Shown piece by piece: positions 46,260 through 56,521 of a stretch of 64,000 nt of DNA (the first letter of the stretch is position 1; each line of letters begins with the position of its first letter). The position numbers were made by a program, and so were the translations under genes. This stretch comes from Desulfosudaceae bacterium (GTDB lineage Bacteria; Desulfobacterota; Desulfobacteria; Desulfobacterales; Desulfosudaceae): assembly GCA_963674745.2 (NCBI GenBank), contig CAXXDV010000003.1, forward strand, positions 608,001 to 672,000, in the 5' to 3' direction. The notes below the pieces were generated by a model, which saw nothing but the letters and a program-made list of their open reading frames with translations, was not told where the DNA came from and made no database searches.

Positions 46260-49055
46260 TTACATTCTGTCCAGGGCATCCCGGCATCGCTTGCAGAGGG
46301 TCGGATGGGTCTGGTCCTGCCCAACGCTGACATCATAAATCCAGCAACGCTCGCATTTGTTCCCCGGCGCCTGGCTGACCGCAATAGAAAGACCTTCCAG
46401 TTCCCGGCTTTGAAAACCGGCCGTTATATCCCCGCGGCCTGCCAGTTCTACCCGGGAAACAATAAACAGCTGTCGGAGGATGTCGGTATATTTTTTCAAT
46501 ACCTTTGCCGGTCGATGCTCCGCGTTCATGGTAATCTGGGCATCGAGGGGATGACCGATCAGTTTCTGGGCTCGCGCCGCCTCCAGGGCCTTGGTGACCT
46601 CCCCGCGGATTTTGAGCAGGATTGCCCATTCTTCAGCCAGCTGGCGGTCTTCCCAACGGGTATCGGCTTCCGGCAGCAGGGCTAAATGAATGCTTTCCGG
46701 CGCATTCGTTTCTTCGGGAAGAAACCGCCACAGTTCTTCGGCTGTAAAAGGAAGGATCGGCGCCATGAGACGTGCCAGGCTGCTGATGATGGTATACATG
46801 ACGGTCTGGGCGCTTTTTCGGTCAGGGTCCTTCGGGGCCGCCGGGTATAAACGATCTTTCATGATGTCGAGATAGAAAGCGGACAGGTCCACCGTACAGA
46901 AATTATAGAGCCGGTGATAGACGACATGAAACTCATACTCATCGTAGGCCTGACGGAGTTTGTTGATCAACCGGCCCAGGCTGAGCAGCATATAACGGTC
47001 GAGTTCAGGCATGTTTTCCAGGGGAACGACGTCCCTGGCCGGAGAAAAGTCGGACAGGTTGCCGAGAAGGAAACGGCAGGTGTTCCGGATTTTTTTATAG
47101 GCATCACTGAGCTGGTTGATGATGTTGTCGGAAATGCGGATATCTTCCCGGTAATCTGATGCCGCCGCCCATAACCGCAGGATTTCGGTCCCGTACTTTT
47201 TGATGATTTTATCCGGGGCAACCACGTTGCCGACCGACTTGGACATTTTCTTGCCTTTGCCGTCCACGACAAAGCCATGCGTCAGAACCGCCTTATACGG
47301 GGACGTGCCCCGGGTGCCCACCGCCGTCAGCATCGCGCTGTGAAACCATCCCCGGTGCTGATCGCTGCCTTCCAGGTAAAGGTCGGCCGGCCAGCCCAGG
47401 TTTTTCCTCATTTCAAGAACCGCAGCATGACTGACGCCGGAATCAAACCAGACATCAAGGATATCGTTTTCCTTGATCAGTTCTTTTGAGCCGCATGAAG
47501 GACAGACGGCATCGGCACCGATAAAGGTTTCAGCGTCCGTTTCAAACCAGATGTCCGAACCGTTGGTTTTAAACAGGTCATATATTTTTTCCTGAATCGT
47601 TTTGTTCATCAGGACAGCGCCGCAGACCTTGCAGAAAAAAATCGTGATGGGGACACCCCAGGAACGCTGGCGTGAAATACACCAGTCCGGCCGGTTTTCA
47701 ATCATGCCGTAAATCCGCTCTCTGCCCCAGGCGGGAATCCAGGTGACCTTGTCTATCTGTTCCAGTGCCTTCTGACGCAGGCCGGTTTTTTCCATGGAAA
47801 TGAACCATTGCGCCGTGGCCCGGAAGATAACCGGTTTTTTACAGCGCCAGCAATGGGGGTAGGAATGGGTAAAGGACGCCTCTTTGATCAGGGCCTGTTG
47901 TTCCGCCAGTTTTTCAGTGATGACGCTGTTGGCCTTAAACACGAACTGGCCTGCAAACATTTCGACATTTTCTGAAAAACAACCGTTGTCTTCAACCGGT
48001 GAGTAGATGTCGAGCCCGTATTTCAGTGCGGCTTCGTAGTCTTCGGCACCATGACCGGGAGCCGTATGCACGCAGCCGGTACCGGCTTCAAGGGTAACAT
48101 GGCGGCCGTTGATGACCAGGGATTTCCGGTCATATAAAGGATGGGAAAACGCTCTTTTCTCAAGCAGGGTACCCGGGAAACGCTTGAGGACCGTGTATTC
48201 GGCGATATCGAAGGCTCCCATGCAGCGGCTGACCAGTTCCGAGGCCAGGATCAGCACGCCGTGATCGGGTGTTTCAACGGCCGCGTATTCGAATTCCGGG
48301 TGCAGCGCGATGGCCAGGTTGGCCGGCAAGGTCCAGGGGGTCGTCGTCCAGATGACGATGGAAACGGATTTGTCATTTAATTCCGGCATGATGTCGGACA
48401 GGTCGTCTCTGGCCGCAAATTTGACGTAAATTGACGGCGACGGCACATCGGCATATTCAATTTCCGCTTCGGCCAGGGCGGTCTGGCAGCTGCAACACCA
48501 GTGAATCGGTTTTTTATGCCGGACCAGATTCCCGTTAAGGGCGAACTGGCAGCATTCTCTGGCAATAACGGCTTCGTATTCATAGTTCATGGTCAGATAG
48601 GGGTTTTCCCATTCTCCCATGACGCCAAGCCGTTTAAATTCATCCCGCTGAATATTGATATATTTATCCGCGTACTGCCGGCACAGGCCCCTTTTTTCAA
48701 CCTGTGACAGGGTGTGCTTTTTTGAGCCCAGCTCTTTATCGACATTATGTTCAATGGGAAGGCCGTGACAGTCCCAGCCCGGTACGTAACTGGCGCTGAA
48801 GCCGACCATTCTCCGACTGCGAATGATAAAATCTTTTAATATTTTGTTTAAGGCATGGCCGATATGAATCCTGCCGTTGGCATAGGGCGGGCCGTCATGC
48901 AGGATAAATCTGGGTTTGTCCTGGGTGGCGGTGTTGATTTTTTCATAAAGCCGATCCGTTTCCCATTGTTTTAACTGTTCCGGTTCACGCTGGACCAGGG
49001 AAGCCTTCATTGGAAACGATGTTGAAGGCAGGTTCAGCGTTTTTTTGTAATCCAT
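46260..49055 (-). CDS. ileS: Isoleucyl-tRNA synthetase
   Basis: HDGPPYANG..HIGH, KMSKS, C-terminal CERC..CKRC zinc finger; ATG 49055 (MDYKKTLNLP) with GGAGG. Confidence 0.97.
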   Translation of the reverse strand: MDYKKTLNLPSTSFPMKASLVQREPEQLKQWETDRLYEKINTATQDKPRFILHDGPPYANGRIHIGHALNKILKDFIIRSRRMVGFSASYVPGWDCHGLPIEHNVDKELGSKKHTLSQVEKRGLCRQYADKYINIQRDEFKRLGVMGEWENPYLTMNYEYEAVIARECCQFALNGNLVRHKKPIHWCCSCQTALAEAEIEYADVPSPSIYVKFAARDDLSDIMPELNDKSVSIVIWTTTPWTLPANLAIALHPEFEYAAVETPDHGVLILASELVSRCMGAFDIAEYTVLKRFPGTLLEKRAFSHPLYDRKSLVINGRHVTLEAGTGCVHTAPGHGAEDYEAALKYGLDIYSPVEDNGCFSENVEMFAGQFVFKANSVITEKLAEQQALIKEASFTHSYPHCWRCKKPVIFRATAQWFISMEKTGLRQKALEQIDKVTWIPAWGRERIYGMIENRPDWCISRQRSWGVPITIFFCKVCGAVLMNKTIQEKIYDLFKTNGSDIWFETDAETFIGADAVCPSCGSKELIKENDILDVWFDSGVSHAAVLEMRKNLGWPADLYLEGSDQHRGWFHSAMLTAVGTRGTSPYKAVLTHGFVVDGKGKKMSKSVGNVVAPDKIIKKYGTEILRLWAAASDYREDIRISDNIINQLSDAYKKIRNTCRFLLGNLSDFSPARDVVPLENMPELDRYMLLSLGRLINKLRQAYDEYEFHVVYHRLYNFCTVDLSAFYLDIMKDRLYPAAPKDPDRKSAQTVMYTIISSLARLMAPILPFTAEELWRFLPEETNAPESIHLALLPEADTRWEDRQLAEEWAILLKIRGEVTKALEAARAQKLIGHPLDAQITMNAEHRPAKVLKKYTDILRQLFIVSRVELAGRGDITAGFQSRELEGLSIAVSQAPGNKCERCWIYDVSVGQDQTHPTLCKRCRDALDRM

Positions 49056-49193
49056 GGTGTCCTCCGGTAAAAGGTATAAACAACGCCCTATGTAAAGCAG
49101 AAACCCCGCAGGTGTCAAGCAAATACCTGACCAATGGCGGAGGGCCAGAGCCCCAGTAATACTCACAATTGACTCGTAAAGGCATTTGTGTTT

Positions 49194-49317
49194 GACGGCA
49201 ACGTAAAAAGTTCAAGGCCAAGGCGCGCAAATCTTGAGGAATGCAGCGTACTTAGGCGTACGTGAAATTCCGAAAGATGCAGCGCAACGCCGGCATTGGG
49301 CTTTTTACGTTGCCGTC
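49194..49317. mobile_element. 124-bp MITE-like element with perfect 17-bp terminal inverted repeats
   Basis: GACGGCAACGTAAAAAG (49194-49210) ... CTTTTTACGTTGCCGTC (49301-49317); no coding capacity. Confidence 0.75.
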
Positions 49318-49318
49318 G

Positions 49319-50158
49319 TTATTGATAGCTGTGCAGGCCGGGCAGAAGGTTGACGCCGAAGTAGGTGAAAATGACGGCCGCGAAGCCGATAATGGATATC
49401 CAGGCAATGGTTTTGCCCTGCCAGCCCCGAACCAGCCGGGCATGAAGCAGGATGGCATAAATAAACCAGGTTACCAGGGACCATGTTTCTTTGGGGTCCC
49501 ATCCCCAGTAACGTCCCCAGGCGGTATTGGCCCAGACCGCGCCGGTGATGATGCCGATGGACAGGAAGAAGAACCCGAAAATAACGCTCTGGTAAATCAG
49601 GTCGTCCAGCACCTCCGCCGGTGGCAGCAGGGTGGCGGCCAGAGAATTTTTTTCCGTATCTCCGCCACGTTTCAACCCGATATACAGCAGGCTGATGCCG
49701 AAAGCGATGGCAAAGGCAGCATAACCGAGAAAACAGGTGATGACATGGGCGGTCAGCCAGTTGCTCTGCAAGGCCGGTATGAGCGGTTTGATCTGCTGGT
49801 CGATATCCGGCGACAAAGAAGCGTATGCCAGGGCGATGAATGCCAGGAGCACGGCAATGGCGCCGAAGGTCCGGGTTTTGAATTTGATTTCCATAAACAG
49901 GTAAATCGCACCGATGGAAAAGGCGAAAAAGACAAGTGATTCATAGAGGTTGGACAGGGGTGCGTGGCCTATCCCCATCTGATGGGATTCGATCCAGCGG
50001 GTAATAATGCCGGCCAGGTTGAGCATTACCGCTGCCGCCGTGACAATCGTACCCGCTTTTTCAGCCGGTTTGAACTTAAAGGAGAAACCCGCCATGTAAC
50101 AGACCACCGCCAGTCCGTAGACAAAGGTTGCTATTGATAACAAGAACGCGCTTTCCAT
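49319..50158 (-). CDS. ccsA: System II cytochrome c biogenesis permease (CcsA/ResC, often annotated CcsB)
   Basis: PLSNLYESL, PALQSNWL..H, WGRYWGWDPKETW (WWD domain), GLHSY. Confidence 0.93.
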   Translation of the reverse strand: MESAFLLSIATFVYGLAVVCYMAGFSFKFKPAEKAGTIVTAAAVMLNLAGIITRWIESHQMGIGHAPLSNLYESLVFFAFSIGAIYLFMEIKFKTRTFGAIAVLLAFIALAYASLSPDIDQQIKPLIPALQSNWLTAHVITCFLGYAAFAIAFGISLLYIGLKRGGDTEKNSLAATLLPPAEVLDDLIYQSVIFGFFFLSIGIITGAVWANTAWGRYWGWDPKETWSLVTWFIYAILLHARLVRGWQGKTIAWISIIGFAAVIFTYFGVNLLPGLHSYQ

Positions 50159-50175
50159 ACAGCTTTCCTCATTTA

Positions 50176-51564
50176 TTACACGGTGTCTGTGTTAATTATT
50201 AATTCCGTCAGTTTGTGGCTCAGCATCCGGGCCTTATTCCTGGCCGCCGTCTGATTTTTGTTGGCTTTACCATAAACCGTTACCGTCGTTTTATTTCCTG
50301 AACCGGTCAGTTTGACGCAATATCTCTGATGGGAAAGGAAGAACGTAATATAAATGCCGGCGATAATCATCAGAAAACCGGCATAAACCAGGGGTACGCC
50401 CGGGTCATTTCTCATCTGCAGGCCGGTATAAAATACCGGCTCAAGACCGTTGACCGTGATGATCACCTCGCCCTGCCGCATCTTGTCAAAGCCGCGGAAT
50501 TTAACCGGCAGGGCCACCATTTCCCGATCGTCTCCCCTTGTCAGGGTGCCGATGAGGGTTTCGCCGATGTTGTGTTTCCCTTGAAACAGATATTCGTGAA
50601 GGAGCCTGTTGGCCGTAAATTTTCCCAGGTCCTCGGGGAGGTTGACGGCCTGGCCGATGTCAACGGTTTTTTGATACTGCATACCGGTTTTGCGGCTGGT
50701 AAAGGTGAGATCGATGTTTTTGGCCGAGGCCGTGCCGTAGCTGGACTGAAAAATGCGTACCCCCCGGAAACCAAGCGGTTTGTTGACCAGGATGTCCTTT
50801 TTCAAGACGAGTTCATTGCCATCCAGGATAGACAGGCTGGAACGGTACTCTTTGGGTTGGCCGTTATCGTGAAAGGAAACGCTAAAGTCATCACAACGAA
50901 CGGAAAACCCCAGGTTATAAGGCTGGTCTGAATTGGTCAGAAAAACATGGTCGGTGGTTTCGCCTTCCGGCAGGTTGATATAACCTTCAAAACCAAATAA
51001 AGAACCGATCAGCGCACCGGCCAGAAGGACCAGGATGCTCGAATGAACGATATAAACACCCAATCGGGAGAAACGGCCTTTTTCAGCAAACAGGAAGATA
51101 TCGTTGTCTGCCTGTTGTTCGGCGGTCCTGGAGAACTTCCGTTTAATCCGGGCCCGGAAAAGGGGCAGCACCTGGTCAACCGGTTTGTCTATCGTAACCG
51201 GCTCGGTGGCGCCGGATTTGCTGAAAGCGTTGGGAGAAAAAGAGGGGGTTTTTTCGAATACGATTTTAAAAACGGTTTTGATGCGATCCAGGGAACAGGC
51301 CAGGATGTTTAACGCCAGTAACAGCAGAAGCGCCTGAAACCAGAGAGAATGGTACATATCCAGAAGGTCGAGGCGGGACAGAACGGCGTAAAGTCGGTCG
51401 CCGAAATAATTCTGGTAATAAACCGTCGGCTTGTTCTGGGGGATCAGCGTGCCGATAACAGCAGCAGCGGCAATGGTTAACAGGATCCAGACCGTCAGCT
51501 TGATTGACGTCAGCTTTTTCCAAAGGGCCCCGGCAGGGGTTGATGTTGATTTTGACTCGGTCAT
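50176..51564 (-). CDS. resB: Cytochrome c biogenesis protein ResB
   Basis: IGTLIPQ, YHSLWF, ACSLDR, GVYIVHSS, VNKPL..FQSSY, TGLQMRNDPG; ATG 51564 preferred. Confidence 0.9.
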   Translation of the reverse strand: MTESKSTSTPAGALWKKLTSIKLTVWILLTIAAAAVIGTLIPQNKPTVYYQNYFGDRLYAVLSRLDLLDMYHSLWFQALLLLLALNILACSLDRIKTVFKIVFEKTPSFSPNAFSKSGATEPVTIDKPVDQVLPLFRARIKRKFSRTAEQQADNDIFLFAEKGRFSRLGVYIVHSSILVLLAGALIGSLFGFEGYINLPEGETTDHVFLTNSDQPYNLGFSVRCDDFSVSFHDNGQPKEYRSSLSILDGNELVLKKDILVNKPLGFRGVRIFQSSYGTASAKNIDLTFTSRKTGMQYQKTVDIGQAVNLPEDLGKFTANRLLHEYLFQGKHNIGETLIGTLTRGDDREMVALPVKFRGFDKMRQGEVIITVNGLEPVFYTGLQMRNDPGVPLVYAGFLMIIAGIYITFFLSHQRYCVKLTGSGNKTTVTVYGKANKNQTAARNKARMLSHKLTELIINTDTV

Positions 51565-51715
51565 TATATTATTACTCTCAGAGACATCCGGGTTTACTAT
51601 GTTCGTTTGTAAATAACAAAATCCTCTGGTAAAGATCAATAGAAATATAACATATTGAAGGTTCATTTTCCGATTAGTTATAGTATACGGTTCAGTTCAG
51701 CCAAAGGTCTTGGAA

Positions 51716-51743
51716 GGGGCCAAGGGTTCAAGGGTTCAAGGGG
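51716..51743 (+). repeat. G-rich octamer run (AAGGGTTC-like)
   Basis: GGGG-CCAA-GGG-TTCAA-GGG-TTCAA-GGGG. Confidence 0.7.
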
Positions 51744-51764
51744 TCAATTGAAAGGTAGGGGATT

Positions 51765-52613
51765 ATGCCTGAAACCGTATTGTATGTAGTTGCCTGCCCT
51801 GTGGGTAATTTGGAGGATATCACCATAAGGGCTTTGAATGTATTGGGCCGGGTGGATATCATTGCCGCCGAAGATACCCGGGAGGCCCGCCGGTTGTTGT
51901 CTTACCATAAAATTGAGGCCGGCGGCCGGCTGGTATCCTGCCATGAACATAACGAACAGGGACGCCTGGCTGATTTGATTGTCCGCTTGCAGCATGGCGA
52001 GTCACTGGCCCTGATAACCGATGCCGGCACGCCCACCGTGTCCGACCCCGGTTTCCCCCTGGTCAGAAAAGCCATTGAAGAGGGTATTCCGGTGATCCCG
52101 GTCCCGGGCCCGTCCGCCGTAACCGCCGCCCTGGCCGTCAGTGGCCTGCCGACAGATTCTTTCTTTTTTGAGGGTTTTTTGCCGAAAAAACCGGGCAAAC
52201 GGGGAAAACGTCTGGAAGTCCTGGCTGATATCCCGGCCACCCTGGTGTTTTTTGAGTCACCCCGGAGAATTACCGAAACGCTGAGGGAAATGGTGAATTG
52301 TCTGGGTGACAGGGCAGGGGTGGTTTGCCGGGAAATGACCAAGCCGTACGAAGAATTCGTGCGCGGGCGGTTAACGGAAATTCTGCAGGTGTTGGAACAG
52401 CGTCCGTCCGTCAAGGGAGAGATTACCCTGGTGGTGGCGGGAAATACGGAAAAAACCCCCGGGTTTGATCTGGAGGACATCCGCCGGGAAGTTGAAAACG
52501 CCGACTGCGGTGCCTCGGAGCTGGCCTCAAGATTGTCCGCCAGGTACGGTGTCGCTAAAAAAAAGGTGTATAAAGAAATCCTGCGGGTCAAAAAAGAGAT
52601 GGAAGACACCTGA
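51765..52613 (+). CDS. rsmI: 16S rRNA C1402 2'-O-methyltransferase
   Basis: LYVVACPVGNLEDITIRA, AEDTR, DAGTPTVSDPG, FESPRR, REMTK..EE..RG, KGEI. Confidence 0.95.
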   Translation: MPETVLYVVACPVGNLEDITIRALNVLGRVDIIAAEDTREARRLLSYHKIEAGGRLVSCHEHNEQGRLADLIVRLQHGESLALITDAGTPTVSDPGFPLVRKAIEEGIPVIPVPGPSAVTAALAVSGLPTDSFFFEGFLPKKPGKRGKRLEVLADIPATLVFFESPRRITETLREMVNCLGDRAGVVCREMTKPYEEFVRGRLTEILQVLEQRPSVKGEITLVVAGNTEKTPGFDLEDIRREVENADCGASELASRLSARYGVAKKKVYKEILRVKKEMEDT

Positions 52614-52660
52614 TCTCCGGCGGGGTATCATTTCCTTAAAACAAATCAGGGAATAAAAAG

Positions 52661-54370
52661 ATGACAGAAGCACAGGTAATTTATGATGACAGTTCTCGTT
52701 CGCTGATCCGGGCCGAAAGGGGAACGCTGGAAACGGTCAAAGGGATTCATATTGTTCGTCTTAAAGGGTCAGACTATGAGATGGGACGACAGCACGGTCT
52801 GCTGGCGGCCGAGGTGTGCGGCGACATTGTTCCCGAATATTTCGATTCATTTCTTAAAACCCTGGTGGCACATGTCGTCCCGCCCCTGGCCGGCCCTGGA
52901 GCAGCCATGCTCAAATCCCTTTTCTATTATTTAAACCGGAAGCGGATCGGCAGCCAATTGCCTGATCACACCCGGGGTATGTGCGATTCCCAGGGGTTTA
53001 AGGCCCGTCATTACGCCAAAATGCTGCTGGTGCCGGACATTCTTCATTACCTGATCGGCAAATCAATGCCCATGTTTGTCTCGTCCCTGTCGTGCAGCGG
53101 TTTCATGGTCAGAGACAACGCCACGGCCGACGGGCGGCTGCTGGTGGGCCGAAATTTTGATTTTTACGGTAAGGGCATATGGAACACCAACAGCGCCCTG
53201 ATCATTTTTGAGCCGGAAGGAAAACAGAAATACTGCTGGATGGGTTCCCTGGGGCTGCCGGCCAGTGGTCAGGCCATGAACGAAAGCGGCCTGATTGTCT
53301 CTCTGCATACAAAATTTACCAGGGACGTCCGGCTCAGAGGGGTTCCCCTGTACTCGCTTTTTGTCAATATCCTGGAATCCTGTACCTGCCTGGAAGAGGC
53401 GATCAACCTTATCAAGGCCCAACCGAGAATCTGTGGGTTATCCATGTTTATCGTGGATACCCGGGCCAGGGATGCCGCGGTGGTAGGCTTTTCGGCCGGT
53501 AAGCAGGAAGTGATGCGGCCGGAAGATGACGTCCTGATCCGGACCAATCATTATCTTACGCCGGAAATGAAGGCCGGAGAAACGGTGCCCCTGCAGTTCA
53601 GGCTGAACACGGAAGGCCGGTATAACCGGATCAGGCAGCTAATAACGGAAAAATACGGAAAACTGACACCGGATGACATACCGCCGGTGTTGGCGGACCG
53701 GACCGATTTCTGGGAAAACCGGAAATGCCTGGCCGGCAATATCGTCTGTGCCACCAATAATGCCTATTCGGCGGTATTCTCACCGGAGGACGACGCCCTC
53801 TGGGTGGCCCGCGGGCCGTTCCCGGTATGCGCCGGCGAAACGTTTACAGGGTTTAATATCTCAGCCCTGTTTGACGGTGACAGGGATCGTTACGCCATCG
53901 ATGACCTGAAAGGCGGGGCCGATTATACGCCGGATGAACACAAGGCATTGATGTTATACGAAGATGCCTGGGAGGCCCATTTTGATGATCTTAGGGACGA
54001 CAAAGCGATCTTTTATCTGCGCCGGGCCATGAACCTGGCACCACACGAACCGATCATCCCCAAAATGGCGGGTTTTTTACTGCTGCGCAAAAAGAAATTC
54101 ATCCAGGCGCTGCCTTTTTTTGAAAAAAATGCGGCCTTTGCTCAACACAGCGATCTTATGCGTGCCGAGGCGCTGATCTGGCTTGGCCGTTGCCTGGATC
54201 TGATGAACAGGCGGAAGGAAGCCCTGGCGGCATATAAAGAATGCGTCGATCTTCAATCCCGGCCCATATCCGCCGCCGCCCGCCGTCACCTGGACCGGCC
54301 TTACAGGCCGCGGGAACTTTCAAAAATAACGCCGGAGTTTATCGTGGGTAATGTGTTTGCCAGATATTGA
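52661..54370 (+). CDS. C45-family Ntn acyltransferase/hydrolase with C-terminal TPR
   Basis: LKGSDYEMGRQHG, nucleophile in SCSG, GRNFDF, AMNESGL, RTNHY; helical TPR-like tail. Confidence 0.8.
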   Translation: MTEAQVIYDDSSRSLIRAERGTLETVKGIHIVRLKGSDYEMGRQHGLLAAEVCGDIVPEYFDSFLKTLVAHVVPPLAGPGAAMLKSLFYYLNRKRIGSQLPDHTRGMCDSQGFKARHYAKMLLVPDILHYLIGKSMPMFVSSLSCSGFMVRDNATADGRLLVGRNFDFYGKGIWNTNSALIIFEPEGKQKYCWMGSLGLPASGQAMNESGLIVSLHTKFTRDVRLRGVPLYSLFVNILESCTCLEEAINLIKAQPRICGLSMFIVDTRARDAAVVGFSAGKQEVMRPEDDVLIRTNHYLTPEMKAGETVPLQFRLNTEGRYNRIRQLITEKYGKLTPDDIPPVLADRTDFWENRKCLAGNIVCATNNAYSAVFSPEDDALWVARGPFPVCAGETFTGFNISALFDGDRDRYAIDDLKGGADYTPDEHKALMLYEDAWEAHFDDLRDDKAIFYLRRAMNLAPHEPIIPKMAGFLLLRKKKFIQALPFFEKNAAFAQHSDLMRAEALIWLGRCLDLMNRRKEALAAYKECVDLQSRPISAAARRHLDRPYRPRELSKITPEFIVGNVFARY

Positions 54371-54591
54371 CATGCATAAAATTCAATCCTGGCGGCAAAC
54401 TCGGCTCGCCCAAAGGGTGAAATTTTCTGATATAAAATTGACCGGATTACGTCAAATATAAATTACAGTTTGTTTTTTGTTAAAACGGATAGATCCAGTC
54501 ATAACAGATTGAAATATGACTATAATATGCCCAATATCAAAATTTTTCATGAAATATCCGGGCTAGCCGCCTGGGAACATAATGTACAGGT

Positions 54592-55233
54592 TTACAGCAG
54601 ATCGGTTCCGTCTCCCGGTACCGCGCGGATTCCCCGAAGGATAATTTTAATGGATTTGTCACTGATCCTCTTCAGGCTTTCGGTGGCAAACAGGGCTTGG
54701 CCGGCGCCTTTGGCCAGCATGATATTCCCTGTGGCAGCGCCCAGAAAGACGCCGGCCGCCTCCCAGGGGTCAATAGGGATGACAATGCCGGCCTCAATCG
54801 CCCGGCGGGCGACCTTTGCGGCTTCTTCCAGACAGGCTTGAGACAGTTTTGCCAGTTTCTGCTGAACTTCTGCCGAAGTGTTGGCAACCAGTTCGGGGGT
54901 GGCTTCGGAAAAAGCCATCTTGAAATACGATTCGTATTGTGACGAAAAGTCATAATAAACCTTGAAAAAGGCGACGATGGCCTCCTCAACCTCGAGTCGT
55001 TCATGGGGGATCTGCAGCAGCTTGTCCAGTAAAATGGCCGTGCCTTCTACGACCAGGTTGAGAAACAGATCATCCTTGTTGCGATAGTCCAGGTATATCG
55101 ACTTTTTGCTGTACCCGGCTTGGCGGGCGATCATTTCCATGGATGTTCCCCGGTAACCATATTTAAAAAACAGGTCACGCGCGGCATTGTAGATTTTTAT
55201 TTTTCTCGCCTGAGGATCCCTTTTTTCAGCCAT
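54592..55233 (-). CDS. TetR-family regulator
   Basis: GYRGTSMEMIARQAGYSKKSIYLDYRNKDDL; ATG 55233. Confidence 0.88.
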   Translation of the reverse strand: MAEKRDPQARKIKIYNAARDLFFKYGYRGTSMEMIARQAGYSKKSIYLDYRNKDDLFLNLVVEGTAILLDKLLQIPHERLEVEEAIVAFFKVYYDFSSQYESYFKMAFSEATPELVANTSAEVQQKLAKLSQACLEEAAKVARRAIEAGIVIPIDPWEAAGVFLGAATGNIMLAKGAGQALFATESLKRISDKSIKIILRGIRAVPGDGTDLL

Positions 55234-55342
55234 ATTTTTTCCGCCCGAATACCCCATGAAACAACGCTGGATGCCGTCGTCAAAGAAATGCGGACTCGAA
55301 TTGCGGCGCGCCGTCCAGGGCGTAATACGCCCCCATAACAAT

Positions 55343-56506
55343 CTATTCGAGTGTTTTAATGATATTTAAAAACCGGTCCACCCAAACCGGGTTTAAACCC
55401 TTGTTGCGTCTGGCAACCAGTTCCCTGATTGCCTGCGCAATGGCTTTCATATTAAAGGCACTTTTTTCGTGTATTAACGATTGATCAAATAAATCAGCAA
55501 TCCCTACCAGCTGGGCAAAGGGGTGCGGTTCTTTGGCGCGCATATTTTCAGGGTAACCGTCACCGTTCAAAAATCGGTGATGTTCATAAGCAACAATTGC
55601 CGGCAAGGGGGCTTCGGACGCATTTTTTAGCAGCCTTTGCGCACCTGAAAAGGGATGCGTCTCGACAAGCTGCGTCATTTCTTTTGTCGGCGATTGCTGT
55701 GATAATACATCCGAAGGAACGTCCAGCTTGCCCAGATCATGACTTAACGACGCTTTTATAATATCCAGCACATGCTCAGGCGGCATTTTCAGCTCAACGG
55801 CCATTCGGGCCGTGAGATAGGCAACGCGAAGCGAATGATGAAAACTGGCGGCGTCATAATTTTTGATGTCAACCAAGGGGGCAAACAAGGTGACAAACCG
55901 GTTCCAGTCATATATCAGATTCAGAAGCGCATTTGTTGTCTGTTTTTTTAAAATCCGGGCCTCTTTTTTTTCCTCAGATTCTTCTTCGTCAGGTTTTGGC
56001 TCACCATCCTCCTCAGCGTCAATGCCAAGAACGTCTGCAATATTTTCATTGTTGAATTTTTCTTCTTTGCTTGACGTTACAGATATTATTTCCCCGAGGC
56101 GAATATGCGTCGTCGATCTGGCCATTTTCTGATCGACAGGTTCACCGTTGGTGTCCAGACCGATGAGATAAAAAATGAACTGACGGAGTTCATCGGAAGT
56201 TACGCCTTTGTATATGCGAAGGACTTGAATACTAATTTTTTTCATGAATTCGCCCAACTTGTCAAAATGAACACCCGCTTTCCGCATGGAGCGACCATTG
56301 AAAATAATCTCTTTCTCAATGCCGATCAAAGAAATCGGATTTATTTGCGCAAAAACCTTTGAGGTTACGTTATCAAACTGTTTCAGTGACGTCAGTACCT
56401 GGGGATGATGAGGAGAATAGATCAGGCTGTTATGAAACACTGACATAAAAGCCGCCACAGTACCCTGAACAAGGTCTTCCAGCGTTTCTTGTTGATCAAT
56501 ACCCAT
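55343..56506 (-). CDS. HD-GYP domain protein (putative cyclic-dinucleotide phosphodiesterase)
   Basis: HSLRV, HDLGK, HPFSG, EHH..GDGYP, ADLFD; N-terminal YSPHHP domain. Confidence 0.85.
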   Translation of the reverse strand: MGIDQQETLEDLVQGTVAAFMSVFHNSLIYSPHHPQVLTSLKQFDNVTSKVFAQINPISLIGIEKEIIFNGRSMRKAGVHFDKLGEFMKKISIQVLRIYKGVTSDELRQFIFYLIGLDTNGEPVDQKMARSTTHIRLGEIISVTSSKEEKFNNENIADVLGIDAEEDGEPKPDEEESEEKKEARILKKQTTNALLNLIYDWNRFVTLFAPLVDIKNYDAASFHHSLRVAYLTARMAVELKMPPEHVLDIIKASLSHDLGKLDVPSDVLSQQSPTKEMTQLVETHPFSGAQRLLKNASEAPLPAIVAYEHHRFLNGDGYPENMRAKEPHPFAQLVGIADLFDQSLIHEKSAFNMKAIAQAIRELVARRNKGLNPVWVDRFLNIIKTLE

Positions 56507-56521
56507 TGTGTTTCCTTAGAA

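Noticed and set aside
49056..49318. T-box riboswitch upstream of ileS
   Set aside because: No GGTGGNACC T-box motif found; the structure is explained by the inverted-repeat element
54385..54425. c-di-GMP-I (GEMM) riboswitch suggested by GGCAAAC
   Set aside because: Lacks the GAAA-loop hairpin and downstream CGCAAAGC, and lies between convergent genes
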